A stretch of DNA of 64,000 nt from Sumerlaeia bacterium (GCA_040219255.1 JAVJSW010000059.1:1-64000), one strand, 5' to 3'. Shown: positions 1-9,813, numbered from the stretch's first letter. The notes: generated from the letters alone by a model not told the origin. Translations and numbers: made by a program.

Positions 1-388
1 CCGAAATCGGCTAAAGATTCGACAGCAGTCAACATCCGCAAAAGACCAACGCGAGCGAAACGGTGGTTCCTCAGGCAAAGCGGGCTCAAGGCTCGTGGAG
101 ACGCTACGCCCTGCCACGGACGATGGCAAGGCCGCCGGGGACGTGGCTCAACTGACGCTTACCGCCAAGAGATAAACGATTGATAACTCAGGCCTTGTTC
201 GCGGCAGAAGGCGGCGGCCGAGAGTCCGCTCACCTCCTGCTGGTCGACAGCTGCCTGCCAGTCCGTTCGCTTCGCGCCGGATGTGAAGCCGGGGGTGTTG
301 TGTTCCATGACCTGCTCTCCTAGTATAAAATGAGGAGGCAGAATCGCACAGAGCCCCGGCGATGGTCAAGATGGGGCTCGTAGGACGT

Positions 389-862
389 TTACCTAACACC
401 TTCTGTCCATCTGCATATTTTCATACGCGCAACCTGAAGACAAACTATAATTTGAGACCCTACGCTTTGGATGGTACCCAACAAGGCTACCGCAAGGCAG
501 TTGGTCAACAAGGGAGTCCCAAAAACCTTTTTAACAGTTTGCCAATTTACAACGTTCAGATGCCATAAGTACCACATCGAGTACCTGTATTCACCCAAAA
601 CAAAAAAAACGTCTTTGCACAAGTTGGCTGAAAGAAAAAATTCCAGGGGCTTAGTCGACTTGCATCCTGATTGAAGAAGATGCTCTTTCAACTCTTCTAC
701 AGGATAATCATTCTTTACCCAAGATCTTAGCCATTCTTTATTCACGTGTTTACACAATGTTATATCTATTTGGGCAGCGAGAGAGGAGCACACCATATAT
801 TGCTTGCATATGTAGAGGCGCTCACGCCGAGTGAGACCATTAGAACTTTTTTCACGTTTCAT
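389..862 (-). CDS. hypothetical protein in AT-rich islet
   Basis: 157-aa ATG ORF in DNA visibly more AT-rich than the rest of the window; no motif recognised. Confidence 0.4.
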   Translation of the reverse strand: MKREKSSNGLTRRERLYICKQYMVCSSLAAQIDITLCKHVNKEWLRSWVKNDYPVEELKEHLLQSGCKSTKPLEFFLSANLCKDVFFVLGEYRYSMWYLWHLNVVNWQTVKKVFGTPLLTNCLAVALLGTIQSVGSQIIVCLQVARMKICRWTEGVR

Positions 863-1342
863 AGAACTTCTTCACCCTTTCGAAAACCCATTTCCTGAAC
901 TCGTGGAATTGGTTGAGTACGCGCTGCGATTCCAAAAAGCAGTGCATCCTTTCGTTGAGTCTAGTGCCTTTTTCCTTGTCCGGCAGGTCCCTGCCCCAGG
1001 TTGAAGATGGAGTCCGATGTACTCTCTCACGATACCGGCGGCGCTGGAACAAATTCAACCCGGTTCGCGATTTTTCTTTCCACGTTGGAGGAGAGCACGG
1101 CGGCCTGCCGAGATCGAGGTGTCCTGATCGGGCATCGACATAGCGGCAAATCCGGGGCGGCAAACTAATACAGCCTCGAAACAATGGCTTGCATTTGGCT
1201 GTCCTTGCGGTCAGAGATTGGGGTCGGCGGTGGGTTCTTCCTTGCCAGGCTGGCCCGGTCCGCGCATCTTCGGAACCGCCTGGAGGCTGGGCTTGTCCCA
1301 GGGGAAAGGCTCGCCCGAACGGGGGCAGAGGGAGTTTGACCG

Positions 1343-3295
1343 ATGGCTGAACTGGAACGAAAAGTCCGCGCGATCCGGCGCCGGCTGACGCTGTTTTTAT
1401 TTTTGGATACCCTGGTCAAATTGACGCTGATCGCGTTGGTTTTGGGCGTGGTGACGGTGCTGGCGCTGCGGTTGACGGGCGAGCCGGTGGAGCCTCTGAT
1501 TCCGGCGGCCGGGCTGGTGGCGCTGGCGTTTGTGGGGGCGTTGGGGTGGACGTACTCCAAGCGCCCGACGCTGGAGCGGGCCGCGTCGATCGCGGACGAC
1601 CGGCTGGGCCTGCGCGAGCGCCTTTCGAGCGCCATGCTGCTGAGCAAGTCGCCCCAGCGGGGCGAGGCCTTTGTGGCGCTGGAGCACGACGCCGAGCGCC
1701 ACGCCCAGGCCATCGATCCGGCCAAGGATTTCCGTTACCGGGCGCCGCGGACGCTGGTGCATTTGATGTGGCCGGCGGCGGCGCTGGTGGCGCTGTATGT
1801 TTTTCTGCCGCGCTACGATCTGCTGGCCGGGGCGCTTGGTCAGGACGAGGAAAAGGCGGCTCCGCCGGCCCCCGAGGTGGTGCAGGCCAAGCGCGCGGAG
1901 CAGGCCAAGGAGGTCTTGAATCTGGCCAAGGAGACGAAGAAGCTGGAAGAAGAGCTGGCCGATATGGGCGAGGGCATGGAGTTTTCGCGGGATCTCGAAC
2001 GGCTCTCGCGGGACCTGGAATACGGCATGAAGGACGAAAAGGCCGCCATCGCGGAAATGTCTCGCATGCAGGAAGACGTGAAGCAGGTCAAGAAGCAGCT
2101 CGAACGCAAGGCCCAGCCCTTCAAGCAGATCAGTGGCCTGCGCCGCGCCGAGCAGACCCAGGCGATGCAGCAGTCCCTGAAGGACCAGAACTTCGAGGAA
2201 GCGGCGGACATGATGCAGCAGATGGCTGAGCAGATCGCCAATGGCGAGATGGATGCCGAGCAGATGGAGCAGGCGGCGGAAGAGCTGAAGAATCTGGCCG
2301 AGGAAGTGAAGGAAAATCAACAGATGAGCGAGGCGATGAAGCAGGCCGCGGACGCCATGAAGCAAGCCGCCGAAGAGCAGAAGCGCCAGGAACAGCAACA
2401 ACAGCAACAGAACCAGGCCCAGCAGGACCAGCAACAGCAGCAGAATCAAGAAGGCGCTCAGCAAGGGCAGCAGGGCCAACAGGGTCAGCAGCAACAACAA
2501 CAGCAGTCCGGCGGCCAGCAGCAGCAACAGAACCAGGCGGGTCAACAGCCGCAGCAGAGCCAGGGCCAGCAAGGGCAGCAGGGACAACAAGGTCAGCAGG
2601 GTCAGCAGCAACAGCAGCAGCAGGGCCAGTCGCAGTCTCAGCAACAGGCGGCCCAGAGCGTCCAGCAGGCGGCTCAGCAAATGCAGCAGATGCAACAGAT
2701 GATGCAGCAGATGGAGCAGCTCGAGCAACTGCAGCAGAAGATGGGACAATGCCAGTCGGGCATGATGAACCAGCAGGGCCAGCAGTCGAACGCTGGCCAG
2801 CAGGGCCAAAGTGGCCAACAGCAATCCAGCCAGCAGCAATCCGGCCAGCAGGGTCAGCAAGGCCAAAGCGGTCAGCAGGGTCAGAGCGGCCAGCAGGGTG
2901 GCCAGCAGGGTCAGCAGGGGCAGAGCGGGGGCCAGAAACCGGGCCAGGGATCGGGCACGAGCCCCTGGCAGGAAGGCCAGAGCCAGCAGCAAGGCGAAGG
3001 CAGCGGCGGCCCCGGCCAGGGTGGCGGCTTGCCGCCGGACGCGGGCATCGTGGATGGCGTGCAGTTTGTCGACGAGCAGATCAAGGGGGCGAAGAACGAG
3101 GGGGAAATCCTGGCCGTGATCGAAATCGACGCCCCGGCGGAAAAGGGCGAGTCGAGCGTGGGCTATAGCGGCGACGTTCAGACCCGCATCCAGAAGAGCG
3201 CCGACAGCGTCAAGCAGTCGGAGATCCCACTGGGCTACCGCAACAACGTGCGCGACTACTTCGAAGCCATCAACCCGCAGGGCCGCCGGGAGTAG
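1343..3295 (+). CDS. membrane-anchored coiled-coil, Gln-rich protein (DUF4175-like, MoxR/vWA-locus associated)
   Basis: GGAG RBS; N-terminal TM helices; 'D.RLGLRERLSSA' motif; long Q/G low-complexity tract; C-terminal 'IPLGYRNNVRDYF'. Confidence 0.8.
   Translation: MAELERKVRAIRRRLTLFLFLDTLVKLTLIALVLGVVTVLALRLTGEPVEPLIPAAGLVALAFVGALGWTYSKRPTLERAASIADDRLGLRERLSSAMLLSKSPQRGEAFVALEHDAERHAQAIDPAKDFRYRAPRTLVHLMWPAAALVALYVFLPRYDLLAGALGQDEEKAAPPAPEVVQAKRAEQAKEVLNLAKETKKLEEELADMGEGMEFSRDLERLSRDLEYGMKDEKAAIAEMSRMQEDVKQVKKQLERKAQPFKQISGLRRAEQTQAMQQSLKDQNFEEAADMMQQMAEQIANGEMDAEQMEQAAEELKNLAEEVKENQQMSEAMKQAADAMKQAAEEQKRQEQQQQQQNQAQQDQQQQQNQEGAQQGQQGQQGQQQQQQQSGGQQQQQNQAGQQPQQSQGQQGQQGQQGQQGQQQQQQQGQSQSQQQAAQSVQQAAQQMQQMQQMMQQMEQLEQLQQKMGQCQSGMMNQQGQQSNAGQQGQSGQQQSSQQQSGQQGQQGQSGQQGQSGQQGGQQGQQGQSGGQKPGQGSGTSPWQEGQSQQQGEGSGGPGQGGGLPPDAGIVDGVQFVDEQIKGAKNEGEILAVIEIDAPAEKGESSVGYSGDVQTRIQKSADSVKQSEIPLGYRNNVRDYFEAINPQGRRE
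2385..3020 (+). repeat. coding low-complexity CAG/CAA-rich tract (poly-Q and QQG repeats)
   Basis: directly visible cagcagcaa and cagggccagcaa repeats. Confidence 0.9.
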
Positions 3296-3300
3296 AAATC

Positions 3301-3407
3301 ACCACGGAGGCACGGAGACACGAAGATTTGTTTCAGTGCCCCACAACGTGAGAGAATCCTTTTTTTGTTCCTGGAATTTGATCTCTGTGTCTCTGTGTCT
3401 CTGTGGT
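3301..3407. repeat. gene-less inverted-repeat hairpin element (GxxExxY-element type)
   Basis: arms 3301-3327 accacggaggcacggagacacgaagat and 3381-3407 atctctgtgtctctgtgtctctgtggt; 22/27 complementary. Confidence 0.85.
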
Positions 3408-4349
3408 AAAATCTTTCTACCGATCACGTTTGTCCTCCTCCTCGCTGGCTGCTCTCCCCAGCCCGGGGCGACGCCGCCTTCGGCGGTGCTGGGGCATCAG
3501 GGGCGGGCTCCGGGGGCGTTTTCCAAACCGCGCGCCATTGCGATCGATGGCCTGAATCGCCTCGCGGTGATCGATCGCACGGGCCGGATTCAGACGTTCG
3601 ACTTGCGGACTCTCGCTCTGCTCGAGGAATGGGAGCTTCCCAGCTACAGCAACGGCACGCCCACGGGCATGACGCTCGACCCCGTGGACGATACGATCTG
3701 GCTGGCCGATACGCATTATCAACGCATTCTGCATTACGGCTGGGATGGCACGTTGCTCGGCAGTTTCGGCGAGTCGGGCACCGGCCCGGGCCAGATGATC
3801 TTCCCCACCGATGTGGCGCTCGATCCGGACGGCGAGACCCTCTGGGTGGTCGAGTACGGGCACCGCGCCCGGTTGATGCAGTTCACCCGCGGCGGCGATT
3901 TCGTCCGCGAATGGACCACCGAACCCTACGAGTACACCGACGCCCAGCGCCCCCAGGCTCTCGCCATCGGAGAGGACGGCTTGATTTACGTGGCCGACGC
4001 GGGTGTGAATCGGGTTCTGGTGTTCAGCCGCGAGGGCGAGTTGCTGCGCTCCTGGGGCGAAGCGGGTAACGCGGCGGGCGAGCTTTGGTTTCCCTACGAC
4101 ATCGCCCTCGGTCCGGATCGGACGCTCTACATTTCGGAATGGGGCAACAGCCGCGTCAGCCATTTCACGCAAGAGGGCGAATTTCTGGGCTTCTGGGGCA
4201 TTCCCGGTCACGATCCGGGAATGCTCTGGCAGCCGTGGGGCGTCGCAATCGGCCCGGGCGGTCAATTGGCCGTTGCGGATACCGAGAATCATCGCGTTCA
4301 ATTAATCGATCGCCCCGAGAAAGACTTCACCAAGGGAACGCAAATCTAA
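3378..4349 (+). CDS. NHL-repeat beta-propeller lipoprotein (start uncertain: GTG 3336, TTG 3378 or GTG 3387)
   Basis: lipobox LLAGC; repeated 'F/P.DVAL', 'YVAD..N.RV..F...G' NHL blades. Confidence 0.85.
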   Translation: MISVSLCLCGKIFLPITFVLLLAGCSPQPGATPPSAVLGHQGRAPGAFSKPRAIAIDGLNRLAVIDRTGRIQTFDLRTLALLEEWELPSYSNGTPTGMTLDPVDDTIWLADTHYQRILHYGWDGTLLGSFGESGTGPGQMIFPTDVALDPDGETLWVVEYGHRARLMQFTRGGDFVREWTTEPYEYTDAQRPQALAIGEDGLIYVADAGVNRVLVFSREGELLRSWGEAGNAAGELWFPYDIALGPDRTLYISEWGNSRVSHFTQEGEFLGFWGIPGHDPGMLWQPWGVAIGPGGQLAVADTENHRVQLIDRPEKDFTKGTQI

Positions 4350-4358
4350 GCCTCGCTC

Positions 4359-7310
4359 ATGGCTCTTCACTTCGCCCGGCCCGAATATCTGCTCTTGCTT
4401 GTGCTGCTGCCCCTCGCCTGGCTGGTGGCGCGGCGGTTACGCACGCTGGGCGCGGGACGCAAAACCACCATTCTCGCCCTGCGCACGCTGATCCTCGCCC
4501 TTCTGGTCCTCGCCCTCGCCCAGCTCGAATGGCGCAGCCGCGCCAAGGATCTGACTGTTTATTTCCTGCTTGATCAATCCGACTCGATTCCGGCCGAGCT
4601 GGCCGAGCGCTCCACCGAACTCGTTCAGGAATTCATGCAGCGCAAAACCCCCGGCGACGAAGCCGGCATCATCGTCTTCGGCCGCGAACCGAGCGTCGAG
4701 ACCTACGCCTCCACCACCGCCGAATTCGACGGCAAGATCAACAGCACCGTCCAGGGCGTGCGCACCGATATTCAGCAGGCCGTTTCCCTCGCTCTCTCCG
4801 CCTTTCCCAACGACCGACTGAAACGCCTCGTGCTGTTCACCGACGGCAACGAGAACTCCGGTTCGTCGCTGGAAGTGGCCCGCCTCGCCCGCAACAGCAA
4901 CGTGGCGCTGGACCTGGTGCCGCTGCGCTACGACGAGCGTCAAGACGTCCAGATCGACAAGCTGATCGTCCCCCAGCAAATCGCCGCCGACACGCCCTTC
5001 GAAATCAAGGCGTTCCTCTCCAGCGCGACCAACACGTCGGGTCGGCTGCGGCTCTATCGCGATGGCGAACTGATCGTGGATCAGGAGGTCGAGGTCGCCG
5101 CCGGGCGCAATCCTCCCCTCATTATCCCGCAACGGCTCGAAGAAGGCGGTTTCCACAACTACCGCGCCACCTTCGAAGTCCCCGGCGACAGCCGCACGCA
5201 GAACAACCGCGCCGAAGCCTTTACCCACGTCAAGGACGAGCCCCGGGTGCTCTATGTGGAGGGCGATCAGACCAACCGCAATTACCTGACGGCGGCGCTG
5301 CGGGCCGAGAAAATCCAGGTCGATTTCGCGTCGGCGTCGGAAATTCCCTACTCGCTCAGCGAAATCCAGAGCTACGACTCGATCATCCTGTCAAACGTCC
5401 ACGCCAGCTCCATGAGCCGCGATCAGATGAAAATGTTCGAGCGCGCCGTCCACGATCTCGGTGTGGGTCTGGTGATGATCGGCGGCGAGGACAGCTTCGG
5501 CGCCGGCGGCTATCAGGACACGCCCATTGAGGACGCCCTGCCGGTGACGATGGACGTGAAACAGAAGAAGGTGCTGCCGAACGGCGCTCTGGCGATCATC
5601 CTGCACACGGCGGAAATTCCCCAGGGCAACGCCTGGGCGCGCGATATTTCCATCGCCGCGCTGGACGTGCTTTCCGCCCAGGACTACTTCGGGTTGATCT
5701 ACTATGGCCCCAAACCGGGCCAGGGTTTCGGCGGCGGCGCCGGCTCGATCGTCGAAACCTGGTCCTGGGAGCCCGGCATGCAGCAGACCGGCAACAAACG
5801 CGAAATGCGCTCGATCATTCGCGGCATCCAGCCCATGGACATGCAGGTCTTCGATCCCACCATGGAAATCGCTTACCAGGGCCTGAAAGACATCAAGGCC
5901 CAGGCCAAGCATATCATCATCATCAGCGACGGCGACCCGGCCCCGCCCAAGCAAACCCTGGCCAATGCCATTCGCGACGAGGGCATCACGATTTCGACCG
6001 TGGCCATCGCGCCCCACCACGGCCAGACGGTGGAAACGATGGAACGCCTGGCCTACTGGGGCGGCGGAGAATTCTACTATCCGAAATCCGCCACCGAACT
6101 GCCCCGCATCTTTATCAAGGAAGCCAGCATCGTCCGCCGCTCCTTGATTTACGAAGAACGCTTCGATCCCGTTTACGACGCCCCGAGCGAAATCACCGCC
6201 GGCTTTTTCGATCTCCCAGCGCTCGAGGGCTACGTCGTCACCAGCGATAAGGAACTGGCCACCATCGCCCTGCGCTCGCACAAGGACGATCCCCTCCTGG
6301 CGCATTGGCGCTATGGCCTGGGCAAGACCGTCGCCTTCACCAGCGACGCCAAGAACAAGTGGGCCTCCGATTGGGTGCAGTGGACCGGGTTTTCCAAGTA
6401 CTGGAGCCAACTCGTCCGCTGGTCCATGCGGGAAACGAGCAGCAGCAACTTCCAGGTCAACACCGAGCTGCGTGGCGGCAAGGGCATCGTCACACTGGAC
6501 GCCGTGGACATCGACGGCGATTTCCGCAACTTCCTGGAATTCAACGCCAACGTCATCGGTCCCGACATGGAGCCCCAGCCGCTGACCGTGCGCCAGGTGG
6601 CGCCGGGCCGCTACCAGGGCGAATTCGACGCCGACGAAGTGGGCACCTACATGCTTTCCATGCGCACCGGCGAGGACGAGCAGCCGGAGCTGATCACGAG
6701 CGGTGTGTCGCTGTCCTACTCGCCCGAGTACCAAGCCGTGCGCAGCAACGACGAGTTCATCGACCGCATCGCGAAAGAATCCAACGGCACCGTGGTCGGC
6801 AGCGGCTACAATCCCTTCGAGCGCAACCTGCCGCCGACCGAGCGCCCCCGCCCTCTTTGGCCGTGGCTGCTGCTGGCGGGGCTGCTGCTGGTGCCCGCCG
6901 ATGTGTTCGTGCGGCGCGTGTACCTGGACTGGGGCGACGTAGCCGCGGGAATCAGAAAGTACGCCGGCAGCGTTTTCGGCATCTTCCGCAAAGGCCCCGA
7001 CGTGGAGCAGCGCAGCGAGTCGATGGGCAGCCTCTTCGCCGCCAAGAGCCGCGCCAAGCAAACGGACGAAGAGCGCCAGGCCGCCGCCGCTCAGCAACAA
7101 GACCGCTCGGCCCTGCGCGAACGCCTGGCCCAGCAGGCCCAGGAAAAACAGGGCGAACCGAGCGTCTTCACCGAAGAAGGCCGAGGCCAAGCCCCCGCCC
7201 GCGTCCAAGGCAAACAAACCGTCTCGGCCAGCGACGCCAGCGAAGAGAAGCCGAGCGGCGGCCTGGCGGGGCTGAAGAAGGCGAAGGAACGGGCGAGGAA
7301 GAAGATGTGA
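4359..7310 (+). CDS. vWA-domain membrane protein with BatA-like N-terminus and GATase1-like domain
   Basis: 'F.RP.YLLLL' N-terminus; MIDAS 'LLDQSDS' and 'FTDGNEN'; 'GLVMIGGEDSFGAGGY'; 'WRYGLGKTVAFTSD'. Confidence 0.9.
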   Translation: MALHFARPEYLLLLVLLPLAWLVARRLRTLGAGRKTTILALRTLILALLVLALAQLEWRSRAKDLTVYFLLDQSDSIPAELAERSTELVQEFMQRKTPGDEAGIIVFGREPSVETYASTTAEFDGKINSTVQGVRTDIQQAVSLALSAFPNDRLKRLVLFTDGNENSGSSLEVARLARNSNVALDLVPLRYDERQDVQIDKLIVPQQIAADTPFEIKAFLSSATNTSGRLRLYRDGELIVDQEVEVAAGRNPPLIIPQRLEEGGFHNYRATFEVPGDSRTQNNRAEAFTHVKDEPRVLYVEGDQTNRNYLTAALRAEKIQVDFASASEIPYSLSEIQSYDSIILSNVHASSMSRDQMKMFERAVHDLGVGLVMIGGEDSFGAGGYQDTPIEDALPVTMDVKQKKVLPNGALAIILHTAEIPQGNAWARDISIAALDVLSAQDYFGLIYYGPKPGQGFGGGAGSIVETWSWEPGMQQTGNKREMRSIIRGIQPMDMQVFDPTMEIAYQGLKDIKAQAKHIIIISDGDPAPPKQTLANAIRDEGITISTVAIAPHHGQTVETMERLAYWGGGEFYYPKSATELPRIFIKEASIVRRSLIYEERFDPVYDAPSEITAGFFDLPALEGYVVTSDKELATIALRSHKDDPLLAHWRYGLGKTVAFTSDAKNKWASDWVQWTGFSKYWSQLVRWSMRETSSSNFQVNTELRGGKGIVTLDAVDIDGDFRNFLEFNANVIGPDMEPQPLTVRQVAPGRYQGEFDADEVGTYMLSMRTGEDEQPELITSGVSLSYSPEYQAVRSNDEFIDRIAKESNGTVVGSGYNPFERNLPPTERPRPLWPWLLLAGLLLVPADVFVRRVYLDWGDVAAGIRKYAGSVFGIFRKGPDVEQRSESMGSLFAAKSRAKQTDEERQAAAAQQQDRSALRERLAQQAQEKQGEPSVFTEEGRGQAPARVQGKQTVSASDASEEKPSGGLAGLKKAKERARKKM

Positions 7311-7768
7311 TGGGAGAGAAAGAAATTCACCGCAGAGGCGCGGAGAGCGCTGAGATGGAATGGGGAAATGACCGGCTGACCGGCGAAGTCATCGCCGCAG
7401 CGATCGAAGTGCATCGCTTCCTAGGGCCGGGCTTGCTGGAAAGCGCGTATCAGGGTTGTCTCGCCACTGAGTTGGATCTGAGGAGATTAGGCTATCGGAG
7501 AGAGGTCGAACTGCCCTTGATCTATAAGGGAAACGCGGTGGATTGCTCCTATCGGCTAGATTTTGTCGTCGAAGAGAAACTCGTTCTGGAACTCAAGTCG
7601 GTGACCTCCTTGGAACCCATCCATCACGCTCAGGTCCTGACTTATCTTCGATTGTCGTCTTACCACCGGGCTCTCTTGATAAACTTCAATGTCCCACTCC
7701 TGAAAGATGGCATCAAACGTATCGTCCTCTCCAACAAATCCTCAGCGCCCTCCGCGCCTCTGCGGTGA
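7310..7768 (+). CDS. GxxExxY protein (PD-(D/E)xK superfamily); alternative start 7355
   Basis: 'AAIEVHRFLGPGLLESAYQ', 'YRLDFVVE', 'LELKSV', 'HHAQVLTYLRLS', 'LLINFN'; ATG overlaps the vWA stop (TGATG); host-atypical codon usage. Confidence 0.93.
   Translation: MGEKEIHRRGAESAEMEWGNDRLTGEVIAAAIEVHRFLGPGLLESAYQGCLATELDLRRLGYRREVELPLIYKGNAVDCSYRLDFVVEEKLVLELKSVTSLEPIHHAQVLTYLRLSSYHRALLINFNVPLLKDGIKRIVLSNKSSAPSAPLR
7327..7768. mobile_element. putative inverted-repeat-bounded element carrying the GxxExxY gene
   Basis: arms 7327-7354 tcaccgcagaggcgcggagagcgctgag and 7741-7768 ctcagcgccctccgcgcctctgcggtga; 27/28 complementary; mobility is inferred. Confidence 0.65.
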
Positions 7769-7797
7769 TTTTTCTTCCCCCAAGGACCCCCCCTCCC

Positions 7798-8811
7798 ATG
7801 CCTGAAATGTCCATCGAGCAAGCCGCCGCCGCCTTTCGCCAGGAATACGAGGCGGTGTACAATGAAATCCAGAAGATGATCGTCGGTCAGGGCGATGTGA
7901 TCGAAGGCGTCTTGATGTGTCTGTTCTCGGGGGGCAACGTGCTCCTCGAGGGCGTGCCGGGGTTGGGCAAGACGATGCTGATCCGCACGCTGTCCGAGGT
8001 TCTCGACCTGCCCTTCTCGCGCATTCAATTCACCCCGGACCTGATGCCCGCCGACATCGTGGGCACGAATATCGTGCAGGAAAACCCCGAGACCGGCCGC
8101 CGCGAGATGGTGTTCCAGAACGGTCCGATCTTCAGCAGCCTGGTCCTCGCGGACGAAATCAACCGCGCCACCCCCAAAACTCAGTCCGCCATGCTGGAAG
8201 CGATGCAGGAGAAGCAGGTCACCGCCGGTGGCCAGCGCTATTTCCTCGAAAAGCCCTTCTTCGTCATGGCGACACAGAACCCGCTCGAGCAGGAAGGCAC
8301 CTATCCGTTGCCGGAAGCGCAGCTCGACCGCTTCCTCTACAAGCTGCTGGTACCCTTCCCGAACCGCGCCGAGCTGATCGAAATCCTCAACCGCACCACG
8401 ATGGAGCATTCTCCGGAAATCAACAAGGTCATGACGCGCGAACGGCTTGTGCAATGGATGACGTTCGTGCGCCGCATCGTCGTGGCGCCGCACGTCCAGG
8501 ACTACGCCGTGCGCCTGCTCCTCTCCACCCACCCGCAGAGCGAATTCGCCACCGACATCACGAAACGCTACGTGCGTTTCGGCGCCAGCCCCCGCGGCGC
8601 CCAGGCCCTTATCCTGACCGGCAAGATCAAAGCCCTGCGCGCCGAACGCTACAACGTCGCCTTCGCCGACGTCGCCGCCGTGGCGCTCAACACGCTGCGC
8701 CACCGCATCATCCTCAATTTCGAAGCCGAAGCCGAAGGCATCACCCCCGACATGGTGATCCAGCAACTCCTGAAGGACGTGCCGCGGGAAGTGGCCGGGG
8801 CGAAAGCGTGA
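7798..8811 (+). CDS. moxR: MoxR family AAA+ ATPase
   Basis: Walker A 'EGVPGLGKT'; 'RIQFTPDLMPADI'; 'LADEINRATPKTQSA'; 'EGTYPLPEAQLDRF'; 'GASPR'. Confidence 0.95.
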   Translation: MPEMSIEQAAAAFRQEYEAVYNEIQKMIVGQGDVIEGVLMCLFSGGNVLLEGVPGLGKTMLIRTLSEVLDLPFSRIQFTPDLMPADIVGTNIVQENPETGRREMVFQNGPIFSSLVLADEINRATPKTQSAMLEAMQEKQVTAGGQRYFLEKPFFVMATQNPLEQEGTYPLPEAQLDRFLYKLLVPFPNRAELIEILNRTTMEHSPEINKVMTRERLVQWMTFVRRIVVAPHVQDYAVRLLLSTHPQSEFATDITKRYVRFGASPRGAQALILTGKIKALRAERYNVAFADVAAVALNTLRHRIILNFEAEAEGITPDMVIQQLLKDVPREVAGAKA

Positions 8812-8872
8812 GCGCAGACGAGGGCGCGGATTCCGGCGTTCCCGCCTCTCACTCTCCCAGGGCTCGCCGCCC

Positions 8873-9724
8873 TCAGCCCTCCGCCGCCGGAGCCTCGCCC
8901 CCCGGCGCCATCTTCGCCGTTTCGGCCGCCGACTTCTTGTCCGGCGAAAGCGCGTATTTCTTCGGGTAGTACTGCTTGATAATGCGCAGGTTGATCAGCT
9001 CCACCATCAGCGCGAAGCCCATCGAAAAGTAGATCGTCTTCTTGCCGATGTGGCCGTCCAGGCCCTCGACGATGAGCACCACGCCGATCAGCATCAGGAA
9101 CGACAGCGCCAGAATCTTGATCGTCGGGTGGTTCTCGATGAACGAGGAAATCTTTCCGGCGAAGATGATCATCACACCCACCGCCATCAGCACCGCCACG
9201 ATCATGACCCACAGCGTATCCGCCATGCCGACCGCGGTGATGACGGAATCGAGGGAGAACACGGCGTCCATGCCGACGATGGTGGCCAGCGCGGCGCCAA
9301 AGGTGGTGGCCGCCTGCTTGGCCGGGTGGGTGGCCGAGGCTGGGCCTTCGATCTTGTCGTGGATTTCGTGAACGGCTTTGTAAAGCAGGAACAATCCGCC
9401 ACCGATCAGCACCAGGTCTTTGCCGCTGATTTCGTTGCCAAAGATTGTGAAGATCGGCGCCGTCAGTTTCATGATCCAACCGATGAACAGCAGCAGCACG
9501 ATGCGCATCAGCGCGGCCAGAAACAGACCGACGTTGCGGGCCTTTTTCTGCTGATGGGCTGGCAGCTTGGCCGTCACGATGGCGATGACGACAATGTTGT
9601 CGATGCCGAGAATGATCTCGAGGGCGGCGAGCGTCGCCAGCGCGATCAGGTTCTTCGTCAGGGTCGGGTCGGCACCCGCCTCGGCAAGCGCCGGCGCCGC
9701 GGCGGCAAGGAATTCCATCAGCAT
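8873..9724 (-). CDS. TerC family membrane protein
   Basis: 'LEIILGIDNIVVI'; 'DAVFSLDSVITAVG'; multiple TM segments. Confidence 0.93.
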   Translation of the reverse strand: MLMEFLAAAAPALAEAGADPTLTKNLIALATLAALEIILGIDNIVVIAIVTAKLPAHQQKKARNVGLFLAALMRIVLLLFIGWIMKLTAPIFTIFGNEISGKDLVLIGGGLFLLYKAVHEIHDKIEGPASATHPAKQAATTFGAALATIVGMDAVFSLDSVITAVGMADTLWVMIVAVLMAVGVMIIFAGKISSFIENHPTIKILALSFLMLIGVVLIVEGLDGHIGKKTIYFSMGFALMVELINLRIIKQYYPKKYALSPDKKSAAETAKMAPGGEAPAAEG

Positions 9725-9813
9725 CGGAAAGGCAAAGTCCTTCGTGGGGGTGTTGGGAAAATCGAAGCGGAAGATTCGGGCGCCGCCGCGGAGGCGGCAA
9801 GGTGGATTTCATT

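Noticed and set aside
1-185. 3' end of a gene entering the window
   Set aside because: Two plus-strand frames are open, but neither gives a recognisable protein.
1397-2992. 531-aa Leu-rich minus-strand ORF
   Set aside because: Antisense shadow of the CAG-rich Gln tract (CTG = Leu).
6305-7768. 487-aa ORF read as a long GxxExxY fusion
   Set aside because: The upstream part is an off-frame overlap of the vWA gene; the real gene starts at 7310 or 7355.
7320-7775. Classical IS assignment for the GxxExxY element
   Set aside because: No DDE, HUH or serine/tyrosine recombinase motifs, and no clear target-site duplication.
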